DNA of 64,000 nt from Octopus sinensis (lineage: Eukaryota): NCBI RefSeq assembly GCF_006345805.1, contig NC_042999.1:85622001-85686000 (forward strand). The letters are read 5' to 3'. Shown in pieces: positions 1 to 58,399 of the stretch; the stretch's first letter is position 1; the number at the start of each line of letters is the position of its first letter. The notes under the pieces are model-generated. The model saw only the letters and a program-made list of their open reading frames with translations. It searched no databases and was not told where the DNA came from. A program made the position numbers and the translations under genes.

Positions 1-47028
<47,028 letters not shown>

Positions 47029-47118
47029 GTAAAGAAAACAACCAAAAAAGTTATTCACTATGATATTTCATATTGGTAATACTATAATATTTGTACTTGC
47101 ACTGCACAAAATGTTATC

Positions 47119-47124
47119 AATAAA
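47119..47124 (+). terminator. Candidate polyadenylation signal of the dynein gene
   Basis: AATAAA 90 nt after the stop, followed by a GT/T-rich tract (TTGGTGTTTGTATTTT, about 47141-47156). Confidence 0.65.
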
Positions 47125-47424
47125 GGTATATGCTTATTAATTGGTGTTTGTATTTTCTATGTACTGAGCTGTTAGGAAGAATATGTTTTTGGTTCAACAG
47201 AAATATATTTGGCATGTTTGCTCTTTTTAATATTTAATATGACAACAAAAACCTTTCAGTTGGTGTGTTCAAAATTAGGCTGTTGAGTTATTTAGAACAT
47301 CAATATATATTTAAGTTTAAAAAGTGATAGATTAAATGTCAACAAATTTATTTGGATGAATATCTGATGTTCCATATGAGTAGTGATAAGATAATGAATG
47401 ATATGGATGAAGAGGTTTTGTCTT

Positions 47425-47830
47425 TTACCTGTTTCATTGATTGGACTGTGGCCATGCTGGGGTATCACCTTGAAGAATTTTAGTTGAATAAATCAACCCC
47501 AGCACTCAATTTTTTAAAGCCCATTTCCTTATTCTATCAGCCTCTTATGCTGATCCACTAAGAGGGATGTAAGCAAGCCAATACTGGTTGTCAAGTTGTG
47601 GTGTGACACCTAGTGAAAGATTGTATGATGCCTGTGTACAAACAGCCATGCTACATGGCAACAAAATTGGGCTGTGACTGAAGAGGACATGCAAAGGCTT
47701 GGAAGAAATGAAGCCAGTGTGTTCCAATAGATGTGCAATGTCAGTGTGCATGTAGGAAGCACCTGCCTAAGGTACCATGCAATGGGACTGAAACCAGAAC
47801 CATGTGGTTGGGAGGCTATCTTCTTAACAT
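47425..47830 (-). mobile_element. tRNA-derived SINE with an embedded RTE fragment
   Basis: SINE tail at 47425-47600 and head at 47755-47830 flank an RTE-like piece (TAMLHGNKIG..EEDMQRL). Confidence 0.6.
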
Positions 47831-48396
47831 GCAGTCACGTTTGAGAAATTCTTTTCAGTTATGAGTAATGTGATTATGAATAAAATTCAGCTAGTTTTAA
47901 TATAAAACTGAAATGCGAAAAATTTGTTTCTCATTTTGAGATGGGAACAGTTTGGGGCCAGTAGATGGGGTCAGATTGGCTCCAAAATTTTCAGGGACAT
48001 GTAAAAAGAGGCGAGAAGCGACTGCACTAGGTTAGAAACTCCTATCTCAAAAGCTGTGGTTACTAGGGCATCAAAACCCAGACTTGACAAGTGTTTGTTG
48101 TTTCTCTCTTTCGCATATCACTGTCTTCCTCGATCTCTCTTTCCTTCCTTCCCTCCACATTCTCTCTATAAAGACGTTTGACAGCTTCGTTACTCTTTCT
48201 CTCACTGTATGTCTGTATCTATAGAAAGAAAGCGTTGACAGCTGCAGAAGTTTTAAAGATTCCTGCCACAGGTCTTTTAGAACGGTGAATTGTTATCGCC
48301 CACCACCACCACCACACAATCATAAAAGATATTATTAATCAGATATTTTGTGTTAATTTATATATATGTGTGTGTATATATATATACATATATATG

Positions 48397-48419
<23 letters not shown>

Positions 48420-48438
<19 letters not shown>

Positions 48439-49069
48439 GTGTGCATATGTGGTCGGAAATAGCTGAAAATATGCACACCTATGTTAAAAGTGCTAGCGAG
48501 TTTGCATAGCAACTTTGAGTTTGCTCAATTGAAAGGCATGGCTTCTAGGGCAAAATTTCTCATCTTTTAAAATGTGGCCCGCATAGATCCGATTATAATA
48601 CTGAAAAAGGTAAAACAATAATAAACTATTTTAATCCCAAGCAAGTCTAATCCATAAAATGAAGAAGGCGAACATTGATACAAATTGGATTTTTATGTAA
48701 AAAGGGGTCTAAATGGGGCTGGAAGGGGATTAGAATTTACAGGAGGGGGTAACTTGAGGTGAGAAATTGATTGAGAGACGTTTTGGGGCACTACAGTAGT
48801 TGCTTTGGTGTAAAAATGGGGATTTTATTGATTTTTGGGGAAACTTGGGGGTCTAGATTGGACACCTTTTGTCCGATTTCAATCAAATTTTCAACATGGT
48901 AAAGTGGAAGCGGATTTGTAATTTAAGCGCGGAAATCTAAGTTTTTATAAATGGGAGAGAGTGAGAGAGAAACAAAGAGGGAGAATGTGGCGATAAGAAA
49001 GAGCAAGGAGGTAACAGAAAGTAACAACCATACCCTCACCCGCGGATGGTGCTTTTTACCTTAAGCTAG
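48420..49069 (+). mobile_element. Possible non-autonomous Helitron-like element
   Basis: Begins after a (TA)n run and ends in a GC-rich short hairpin (CACCCGCGGATGGTG) then GCTAG|T; hairpin weak and 5' boundary uncertain. Confidence 0.4.
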
Positions 49070-49117
49070 TTTTAATATAAAACTGAACTTTGAAACAATA
49101 TTCAATATTTCACTTAA

Positions 49118-49900
49118 TATCATCATTTAACATCCATTTTTCCATGTCGGCATGAGTTAGATAGTTTAACTGGAACTGGAGAGCTGCTCCTGTCGTCTGT
49201 TTTGGCTTGGTTTCTATGGTTGGATGTCTTTAACACCAACCATCTTACAGTATACTGGGTGCCATTTACATGTCACCAGCATGGGTGTCTTTCGCATTTT
49301 ACCATCACTGACCACGACAAACCACAACAAATTGCCACAAGTCTCAGTCACTTGTCATTTCCTCTGTGAGCTTCAAAAATTGAAGATTATATTTCACCAC
49401 CTCATCCCACATCTTGGTCTACCCCTTCAACTGCTTCCTTCCACAATTAGAGATCAGCACTTGATGCAGCTGTCAGCATCCATATGCATCACATAACCAT
49501 ACTGACACAAGTCTTCTCTCTTGCACACTAGATTGATTCCTCTTGTATCCAATTTTTCACTCAAAACACTGTCATACATGCACACTGACACTGCGCATCT
49601 ATTGGAGCATACTGGCTTCATTTCTTTCAAGCTTTTGCATGTCCTCTGCAGTGACAACCCAATTTCACTGCCATGTAGCATGGCTGTTTATATACAGGCA
49701 TCATACAGTCTTTCACTCCGAGGGAGAGGCCCTTTGTTACTGACAAAGGTAGGTCTGTGAATTTTTCCCAGCTCATTCTTATTCATGCAACTATGCTCTG
49801 AGCCTCTTCCTCCACTGCTGACTTGATCATCTAGTTAATGGAAACTATCAACTACTAAATATTTGCCCTGGGCATTTGAGGAAGTCTGTTTTCTGTACAT
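49118..49900 (-). mobile_element. 5'-truncated RTE-clade LINE
   Basis: Minus ORF 49454-49681 (MLHGSE...) plus the same 3' tail as the other copies. Confidence 0.75.
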
Positions 49901-50242
49901 TCCTAGTGTTTTATTATACCTGCACATCTACCACACACAAAAACTATTTTCTTTGTTAACCTTCCTCTGATACTGCTGCACCTTGTGTGTTTTCTTAGCT
50001 TGCACTGGGTACACCTTATGGAGTTTCTACCTGCTCCTTTTCTACATATTGAGCAGCACTAGTAAGGTGGCCATGTGCAGCTTGCAAGACTAGATCCCTT
50101 CTCACAGAGTGGAACTACAGTAAAGAAAAATGGTTCTGTGCTAGGAGAGGTTAAAGCATGAAAGGAGCCAGAACAAAACAAATTTCTTGCTGTAGAAGAG
50201 CCACATATCTACTTACTATATATATATATATATATATATCTT

Positions 50243-50781
50243 GTGACGTATATTTGCCATTTGAATATGGCTAACCCCTAAGGGTGGATGCTACTGTAGT
50301 TTGTAGCCCCAGGAGGACACCTCCTCCAGCTGGCTATAGACACACTTTCTGTGCCCTATCAGTATTTGCAAAGGGAAGCCATCCTTCCCGTCTTCAACTT
50401 ATGATACACACGGACTCGAGTTTCAGGGTATTGACCCGTCATCGGCGTGTGACAATCATAGTTGTCGATGAGAAGTGGGTTCCCTTCACAAATACATATA
50501 CTTTTTCCAGTATCGATTGACACTGATATTGAAAGTGTAATCAAACAATGATAAATCTCAGAGCGAGTTATAAACAGTAGCAGCAACACATCGTGACGTA
50601 TATTTGCCATTTGAATATGGCTAACCCCTAAGGGTGGATGCTACTGTAGTTTGTAGCCCTAGGAGGACACCTCCTCCAGCTGGCTGTAGACACACTTTCT
50701 GTGCCCTATCAGTATTTGCAAAGGGAAGCCATCCTTCCCGTCTTCAACTTATGATACACACGGACTCGAGTTTCAGAGTAT
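50243..50781 (-). mobile_element. Partial tandem repeat (350-bp monomer plus 189-bp partial copy) with a hammerhead fold; retrozyme- or Penelope-pLTR-like
   Basis: 50243-50431 recurs almost identically at 50593-50781 (3 mismatches seen). Confidence 0.8.
50395..50464 (-). ncRNA. Putative type I hammerhead ribozyme (non-canonical core)
   Basis: Minus strand: CAAC-UAUGAU-UGU-CACACG / CCGAUGA / C-GGGU-CAAU-ACCC-U / GAAAC-UCGA-GUC^ / CGUGUG-U-AUCAUA-A-GUUG; predicted cleavage between 50413 and 50412. Confidence 0.65.
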
Positions 50782-51231
50782 ACACAGAAACACTCAAACA
50801 AACCTGAACAAATTCAAGACATGCTAAAAGCTGGATAAATTGAAGGCACAAGGCTAAGCAATATTCTGTAGTTCTGAGTAAGATGCAAGATCTCTAGGAA
50901 TCATAATTCTTCTTTTCCATACTTTGTCCTGTGATGCACTTGAGCACATCATTGATGAGATTTCTTGGAGTCACTGTGGGTTGCAAGTCTTTCAACAATC
51001 AGGACATTGTCACCCAACTAACTCAGTCATGTTTGATCGGGTCTCAGCTTATGTCCAGTTAGCACTACCCCATCACACCTGATCTACAACCACCTCGATG
51101 CAACTTCTCTTGCCTCCCTAGCCAACTTGATGGCCTTCAGCCTATTTGCACATGTAATGCCCAGCATGTTGTAGGTTCTGCAGAGGGTTTCTAAGTTGTA
51201 TATATGAAGGTCCTCTGGTCAGAGAACATTC

Positions 51232-51750
51232 ATCATCATCATCATTTAACGTCCATTTTCCATGCTGGCATGGGTTGGACGGTTTGACTTAGGTCTGGAG
51301 AGCCAGCGGCTGCACCAGGCTCCAATCTGATCTGGCAATGTTTCTACAGCTGAATTCTCTTCCTAATGCCAACCACTCTGATATTGTAGTGGGTGATTTT
51401 TACATGCCACCAGCACAGGAGCCAGTCAGGCAGGCCTGGCATTGGCCACATGCGGATGGTGCGTTTTACATGCCACTGGCACGAGAGCCAGCCAGTGGGT
51501 ATTGGCATCGGCCATGTTTGGATGATGCTTTTTATGTGCCATTGCCATGGGGACCAGTCAGGGGCTACTGGCTTTGGCCACATTCAGATGGTGCGTTTTA
51601 TGTGCCACCGGTTTCAGAGCTAGTCAGTGGGTACTGGCATTGGCCACATTTGGATGGTGCTTTTTACATGCCACCAGCATGGGAGCCAATCAGGGGGTAT
51701 TGGCATTGGCCACATTCGGATGGTTCTTTTTACGCGCCACCAGCATGGGG
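51232..51750 (-). mobile_element. RTE-clade LINE/SINE 3' end with a 66-bp minisatellite (5 full units plus a partial)
   Basis: Unit starts at 51401, 51467, 51533, 51599, 51665, 51731; (CAT)n tail at about 51232-51245. Confidence 0.85.
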
Positions 51751-52934
51751 AATAAAAATACCAATACTGGGTAGAATCAACTACAATCCAATCCACCAGT
51801 TACCTCAGGTTATTCACAACTCTCTCTTTAAAATGCAATACTAACCCAGTTGTGTTAATAACATTCAAGATACTCAACTACTTTTGTTGACAACTTTCTG
51901 AACTGCATCTAAGTCACTGCAACAGAGACAATAGTAAATCACAACCGAGACTGGATGACCATCTAATAATCCATCCTAAAAATAGATTTAAAACAAAGAG
52001 AAATCATCAATTTTTAACATCTATCTTCCATCCTGACATGGATTGGACATTTTGACAGGATCCAAGGTCTGTGTTGAATTTCATGGTTTCTACACACACA
52101 AACACACACATATCTACTTACAATATATAATACACACACTCCAATATAGATTTTGCAATTCTACTTTTCCATTACTGGTGCATCAGAATAATTTGCTATC
52201 AATGTCTGACAAGGTTTGAAAATACTTTTTGTTTATGTAAAATTAAAGTTCAGCCTCTGGATTAAGTTAGTAGAATCTAGTCTCAAGTAAGCTGCAATGA
52301 TAGCTCTTTGTCCTAAAGAATTACCTTAAAACTATATAGTTTTGATAGTTAAAATGTCCCCAAAATATAGTTATCTAAGTACAAATTGATGTAAGCAATG
52401 AGAAAAACCTTTCACAAATAAAGAACAAATCCAACAAAACAACCATAAAAGCTACTGTTAGTACTTTCATTATCTAGCTGCTTTCTCACAGTCATGATCT
52501 GTTTTTTTTTTCTTTATTGCTTCCCTGTTCTTTCCACTGAATAGACCATCCTACATTCCATTTGCACCAGCAAACAATAATATAGACAACCTTCAGGCTT
52601 TTGTCCTTTGAATAAAACAAAAACCAACCCCCCAAAGTTTTACCCATTTCAAAAACAATGATCAATGCTGTTCAAAGTATTCTTATGGTCATAAGGTAGG
52701 AGAGTTACCCCATAATTTTAACAATGCCAATACAATCTTAACTATTAAAATTTAGTATTCAGATATTTGACACTTCACTCAGATTCATAAAGTCCTCCTA
52801 ACTTTATAAAAACTGCAAACCCCTTTCTCTACCTCACAGTGGGAGTGGAGTTGTCAACTTTTGACATAATAAATGTATCTGTCCTCTGTACTCAAACTAT
52901 TGAGTTGAGTTCTGTACCAGATAACATTGTTAGC

Positions 52935-54050
52935 ACAACGTAAAATATATTTCAATATACTTTACAACTCTTACTATTATGATGTCAACTATGAAATTTG
53001 TAGAAACGATAAAAAAGTTTGCTAATGTTTTATAAATACAAGGAATAATTTTATTTATCAAAATATGCACCCATATTGTCAATACACTTTTGCCATTTCA
53101 GTGGTAGCTTGTCTAGCCTGGAACTGTAAAAGCCTGGCAATCTAGAGTCAATAAAATCTTGGAAGGCCTGTTTTATAGCATCGTCAGAATTAATTTTTTT
53201 TCCTATCAAAAAGTTATCCAAATTCTGGAAGAAGTGGTAGTCAGTGGGGGCAAGATCAGGTGAGTATGGTGGATGATGGAGAACTTCTAACTCCTGTAGT
53301 TTTGCCAATGTCATTTTTGCAATGTGTGGTCTGGCATTGTCTTGCAATAAAATAGGAGTGGATCTGTTGACTAATCTAGTGTTTTTCTGTAAATTTCTGC
53401 ATCATTTGGTCCAGTTGGCTGCAGTATACTTCAGCTGTGATTGATGAGCCAGGTTTAATGAAATCATAATGGATCACACCTGCTCCAGACTACCAAGCAA
53501 ACACCATCAGCTTCTTTTGATGAATTTTACTTTTTGGACTGTGTTTTGGTGACTCGTTTTTGTCCAATCATTGTACTAAACATTTATGGTGGTTGTATTG
53601 AATCCATTTCTCATCACGTTACAATTCAATTAAAAAATGATTCATTTTTGTGACAAGAAAGTAGCATGATGCAAGCTTCCAAACATTGTTGTTTTTGATT
53701 TTCATTGGGTTCATGTGGAACCTACTCATCCAACTTTATCACTTTACCGATTTGAACTAGATGAGTCAATATTGTTTGCTTGCAAACACCATACAACAAT
53801 GATAATTCACAGGCACTCTGAGATGGATCTGACTTGACGGTGGCTTTCAGTTTGTCATTATCCACCTTTGTTTCTGGTTGACTGTGTTGCTCATTTGTGA
53901 GGTCAAAGTTACCAGAATTAAGTTTTGTAAACCAATTTGATACTGTCTACTGTGTAATAACAGTAGAATGAAATACTTCATTAATATTCAAAGCTGTCTT
54001 TGATGCTGTATTTCCAAGAAAGAACTCATATTTCAAAACTGTACGAATTT
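52935..54050 (-). pseudogene. Degenerate mariner transposase (Hsmar1/SETMAR-like DD34D family)
   Basis: ORF 53051-53347 QDNARPH...HPPYSPDLAPTDYHFF...KWQKCIDNMGAYFD; upstream DEKW and (W>*)VPHE motifs broken by stops; outer boundaries approximate. Confidence 0.85.
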
Positions 54051-55389
54051 CTGACTTATCCATCTCTAATCAAAACTAGCAAATTTTGATATTAATCTGG
54101 GATCCAACAGTGTTGATACCCCAGAACTTGGGTTGAGTGCTTCTCTGGAAATACCGCACCTTTATACCATACAGGATCTAAGATATATATAATAATTCCA
54201 GTTACCCACCCTGTTTTATTAGTCAGCATTGCTTACAATTAACCTTATGGAATTGAGTATAGCAAAGCATTACAGCAGTGGTTTTTAAAAGAAAAAATGA
54301 AACTAGATACTATAAACACATGCAGCCAACAAAAGAAATGAAGCATGTAATTCACCTAGTTCAGTAAATGTGAGTGTAGCAAATCTTTTATGATAGAAGA
54401 GAAAACTGAATATGAAGGTGTGCCAGTTATGTGAACTCTCACTCTGATTTGATTTGCAGCTTAATCAGGTGATCCACTTTACTAAACCAATTAACTTGTA
54501 CATCTATCAATTGACAATAGTAGCAAATAACAACAGCAGCAGAATCACTCAGAGCTTTATTGGCCTTTATTAATGATCAATCAACTTATTCTTTTGCTAT
54601 ATTAAGTATCATTAATTGTTAACAGCTTACTTATCAACATACAGAACAGTGACCAGCATAACCATTTTATATGTAATGTCCTGTCATTTGATTCCAGTCT
54701 CCTGTGAAAAACATGTCAGGCCTCAGGGAAATATCACCTTGTTTGGAAACAAGTGAGGGTTGGTAACAGTAAAGACATTTAGCCATAGAAAATTTGCTTT
54801 GGCCAACTTTGACTTTTGCAAGCATGGAAAATTGAATATTAAGTAATAAGAATAAGAATATCAGGCTGTCTTCAATAACAATTAATAGTAGTTTATTCTG
54901 CGGTTCACAGGTAAAACATGTACATATGTATTTCTTGTGGGGAAACTGGCAGCCGAGTCCACAGGACTGTTTACAATGTTCACTCATGTGAGCCAAGAAG
55001 ACAGAAATAGTACTGGAAACTGTAGATCTGTCTAGGATGATGGAGAGATTGCACCTCATTGACATGCATCCAACATTCTTCTTGTTGAGGAATTGCCTTG
55101 CTATGCAGTGAGCTATATCGCCCTCTTACAGATCACTTCAGTGAACTCGATGTCACTATCTGGCCCTGTGCTGAACTGGGCGGCAATGTTAGTTTTGACA
55201 GCACTGGTTGGTAAGAGGTTAAACTACCTTTGAAATTCAGTGCCTTGGCTTCCATTCCACTTTGGACCTGGTACTGCCAGCCTATCTTCCCTCAGTTTCC
55301 TCCAGTCATACTCTCATTGGCAAAGTACTCCATGGAATGGTTGAACTCAATGTGGCTTCAGAACTAGAATCATCTCTGGCAGATTGGAC

Positions 55390-56033
55390 CATTGAAGACC
55401 TTACCATCTCCCAGAATACAGATGTATTTTTCCATGAGCAAAACACAAGTTTACAAGTGGTTTCTACACTTTAGGAATGGTCTCTTGTTGCTCGAAGATT
55501 AACCTTATTCAGGACAACTGTTAACCTCCTGAATGAATAAAAACATCATGACAATTCATGATCTTGGACAATCATCACCAAACAATTGACAAACTTGTTG
55601 ATATGACTGGTGAATCCTGGAGATCCTACCAAAGAATTTTAAGCGAGGAATTGCAAATGAAAAGAGTTGCAGCAAAATTTGTACCTTGCTTGCTCACGGA
55701 AGATCAAAAGCAGTCATGACTGAATGTAAGACCCTGCTTACCCACCCTCCCTATTCAGCCAATCTTGCTCCCTGCAACTTTTTTTTGTTCCACTGAATGA
55801 AAAAAGTTCTTAAAAGGAAAACGTTTTGAAGATGTAGAAAAAGTGAAGAAAAAACAATGGAGACATTAAAAGACATCACTTCACAGAATTCCGGGACAAT
55901 GGAAAATGCATCCGAACTAATGCATTGCTTCAACTGGAGAATACTTTGAAGGTGATAAAAGTGTAAACATATAAAACTATGTGGATAAAATATTATTGCA
56001 AAATTCTGGTTTCTTTTGGGTACCCCTTGAATA
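55390..56033 (+). pseudogene. Internally deleted mariner element (second subfamily)
   Basis: QVYKWF, MKRVAAKFVPCLLTEDQK, HPPYSANLAPCNFF and GEYFEGD motifs in broken frames; TIR-like end TTCTTTTGGGTACCCCTTGAATA. Confidence 0.75.
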
Positions 56034-56655
56034 TATTTTAAATAATACATATCTTCTTTCATGTACCTATGCACATATAGAGCATTCATGCATACACATA
56101 CATACACGTGTTGAGATTGTGGACAGAATATTATACTTCTAAAGAAGCTTTTTGCTGCTTTTGTCACAGATTGTATTCATACTGAAGTCACTCAAATTTT
56201 GATATGGTTTCAACAATGGGAACAGAATCCTAGTTAGGATATTTAAGCCTGAATTCAATGAGGCTAATGCTTAGGCTTTCAGACAAAAGAAGGAATTAAA
56301 AATTAGGACTGCTTGTAGAACAATTGATTTTAAAAAATGAAGAAAAAATAGGAAAAATATTGTTGAAAGCATGGGGAGGGCAGATTTTCAGGAGATTGCT
56401 TGACATTATTAGATTCCTTGTTAAATAGATTTTGATTCTATAGGATTATTTAAAAGGAGATGGATGCTAAATCTGAAGCAATAAGAAATAAAGGGAATTT
56501 TATAGAGTTAATTCATTTGTTGACAAAATATAATCCAATGCTTTATGAGACTAAGAATCAAGTTGGAAATAAGTTTGCTATGTCTACATATCACTACTCA
56601 GAATGGGTTTATAGAAAATTTTAAAAACTATCTGGTTCAAGTGGCAATATATGTA

Positions 56656-56875
56656 TTTACTCTTTACTCTTTTACTCTTTTACTTGTTTCAATCATTTGA
56701 CTGTGGCCATGCTGGAGCACTGCCTTTAGTCGAGCAAATCGACCCCAGGACTTATTCTTTGCAAGCCTAGTACTTATTCTATCAGTCTCTCTTGCCGAAC
56801 CACTAAGTTACAGGGATGTAAACACACCACCATCAGTTGTCAAGCAATGTTGGGGGGACAAACACAGACACACAA

Positions 56876-56924
<49 letters not shown>

Positions 56925-57094
56925 CATATATACGATGGGCTTCTTTCAGTTTCCGTCTACCAAATCCACTCACAAGGCTTTGGTTGGCCCGAGGCTATAG
57001 TAGAAGACACTTGCCCAAGGTGCCATGCTATGGGACTGAACCCAGAACCATGTAGCTGGTAAGCAAGCTACCCACCACACAGCCACTCCTATGC
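56656..57094 (-). mobile_element. Near full-length tRNA-derived SINE with (AAAGAGT)-type tail
   Basis: Head (GGCTGTGTGG, GGGTTCAGTCCC), central (CA)n and tail ACTCTTTTACT repeats. Confidence 0.85.
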
Positions 57095-57952
57095 CTAAGA
57101 GTGTAAAAGTAATGTTACAATAAATGTTACTGAATAATATGTCTTATTGATGCAGACCAACATCAGTTTTTTAGAGCCTGATCAAATATATTTATCACTT
57201 TGATCCTTGAGTTTAACACTACGTCATCAAAGAAACTACTAAATAGTGACTGTTGTCAATTCTTTTTTTTTTTCACGTATAACTTTCAAGGACATTGTTT
57301 TTCATTTTGTTTTCTTTTTTGTGTGTGGTGATGGTGATGGTCATATAGAGAGAATGTTAGTAAAGGGTCACTACTTTAGTGAAAGGGTTGATAGAGAGGT
57401 CCTGTATGTGAGCTTTTGAGAAGGGTGTGTAATGAAAATATCAGAGGCATTTTTAAACAAACTATTTTAATTTATTAAAGGGTAACAAGAGCTGACAAGT
57501 AATATGAGCGTAGCTGGTGTATGTGTATGAGTCAGAGAAAGCTTTATAACTTACATTTGAAAAATGGATTCAGTTGTAAGTCGTTATAAGCCAACAGAAA
57601 TGGAGCTAGTATAAATGAAAATGCACTGCTTGTGATATGGCCAGTGAACTCGTTTTTGCATTAATATGCATCTAGCCCTCTTGGCTGGCGTTGCCATAGC
57701 ACAAGTGATAATAAAAATAGCTTTCCTTGACTTGCTACAGTCACTATGACCTAGCATTTTCTATATTGATCATTTTATGGAAATATCAAAATAATATCTT
57801 GGTAACAACTTCAGTTAAAGAAATAATTTTATGTTTACTTACAAAACTAAAAAAGATTTTCATACAGTTCTATATTTAAGAGATGAGGGATTATGTACAT
57901 TATTTACATTATTTACATTTGACGGATATTTGTCCTCATCTTGTTTGTTGTT

Positions 57953-57998
57953 AACACAATGTTTTGACTGATATACCCTCCAGCCTTCACCAGGTGTC
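57953..57998 (-). ncRNA. Degenerate minimal type I hammerhead motif (left arm of the palindrome)
   Basis: Same fold on the minus strand with the same A6G and G12A changes, plus CAGUC and ACAU variants. Confidence 0.5.
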
Positions 57999-58353
57999 TT
58001 GGGGAAATTCGAACCTGGGTTCTTATTCCTAAGATATTTTTCAATGTTGTTGTTATTATCATCATCATTATTATCATCATCATCATCATCATCATTATTA
58101 TTATTCAGGTCACTGCCTGGAATCAAACTTAGAATCTTGCGGTTAGTAGCCCACGCTCTTAACTACTATGCCATATGCCTGTGCTCATGGGCATATGGTG
58201 TAGTGCTTAAGAGCACAGGCTACTAACCCCAAGATTCCGAGTTCAATTCCGGGCAGTGACCTGAATAATAATAATAATAATGATAATAATAATAACAACA
58301 ACAATATCGAAAAATATCTTAGAAATGAGAACCCAGGTTCGAAATTTCCCCAA

Positions 58354-58399
58354 GACACCTGGTGAAGGCTGGAGGGTATATCAGCCAAAACGTTGTGTT
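58354..58399 (+). ncRNA. Degenerate minimal type I hammerhead motif (right arm of the palindrome)
   Basis: GACAC / CUGgUGA-A / GGCUG-GAGGGUAUAU-CAGCC / aAAAC-GUU^ / GUGUU; core positions A6 and G12 mutated. Confidence 0.55.

Noticed and set aside
51397-51750. Regularly spaced repeats resembling a CRISPR array
   Set aside because: The units are similar along their whole length with no unique spacers, they sit in a eukaryotic retroelement, and there are no cas genes.
51338-51844. 168-aa ORF with 22-aa W/H/P-rich repeats
   Set aside because: A by-product of the 66-bp minisatellite on the antisense strand of a LINE 3'UTR; no splice or homology support for a protein.
53051-53347. Domesticated SETMAR-like gene
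   Set aside because: The upstream transposase region has several stops and frameshifts, including in the WVPHE motif, and no SET-domain exons are visible.
58189-58262. tRNA gene (also 8640-8700 and the other SINE heads)
   Set aside because: A and B boxes are present, but a full cloverleaf with acceptor stem is not, and each continues into a repeat body; treated as SINE heads.
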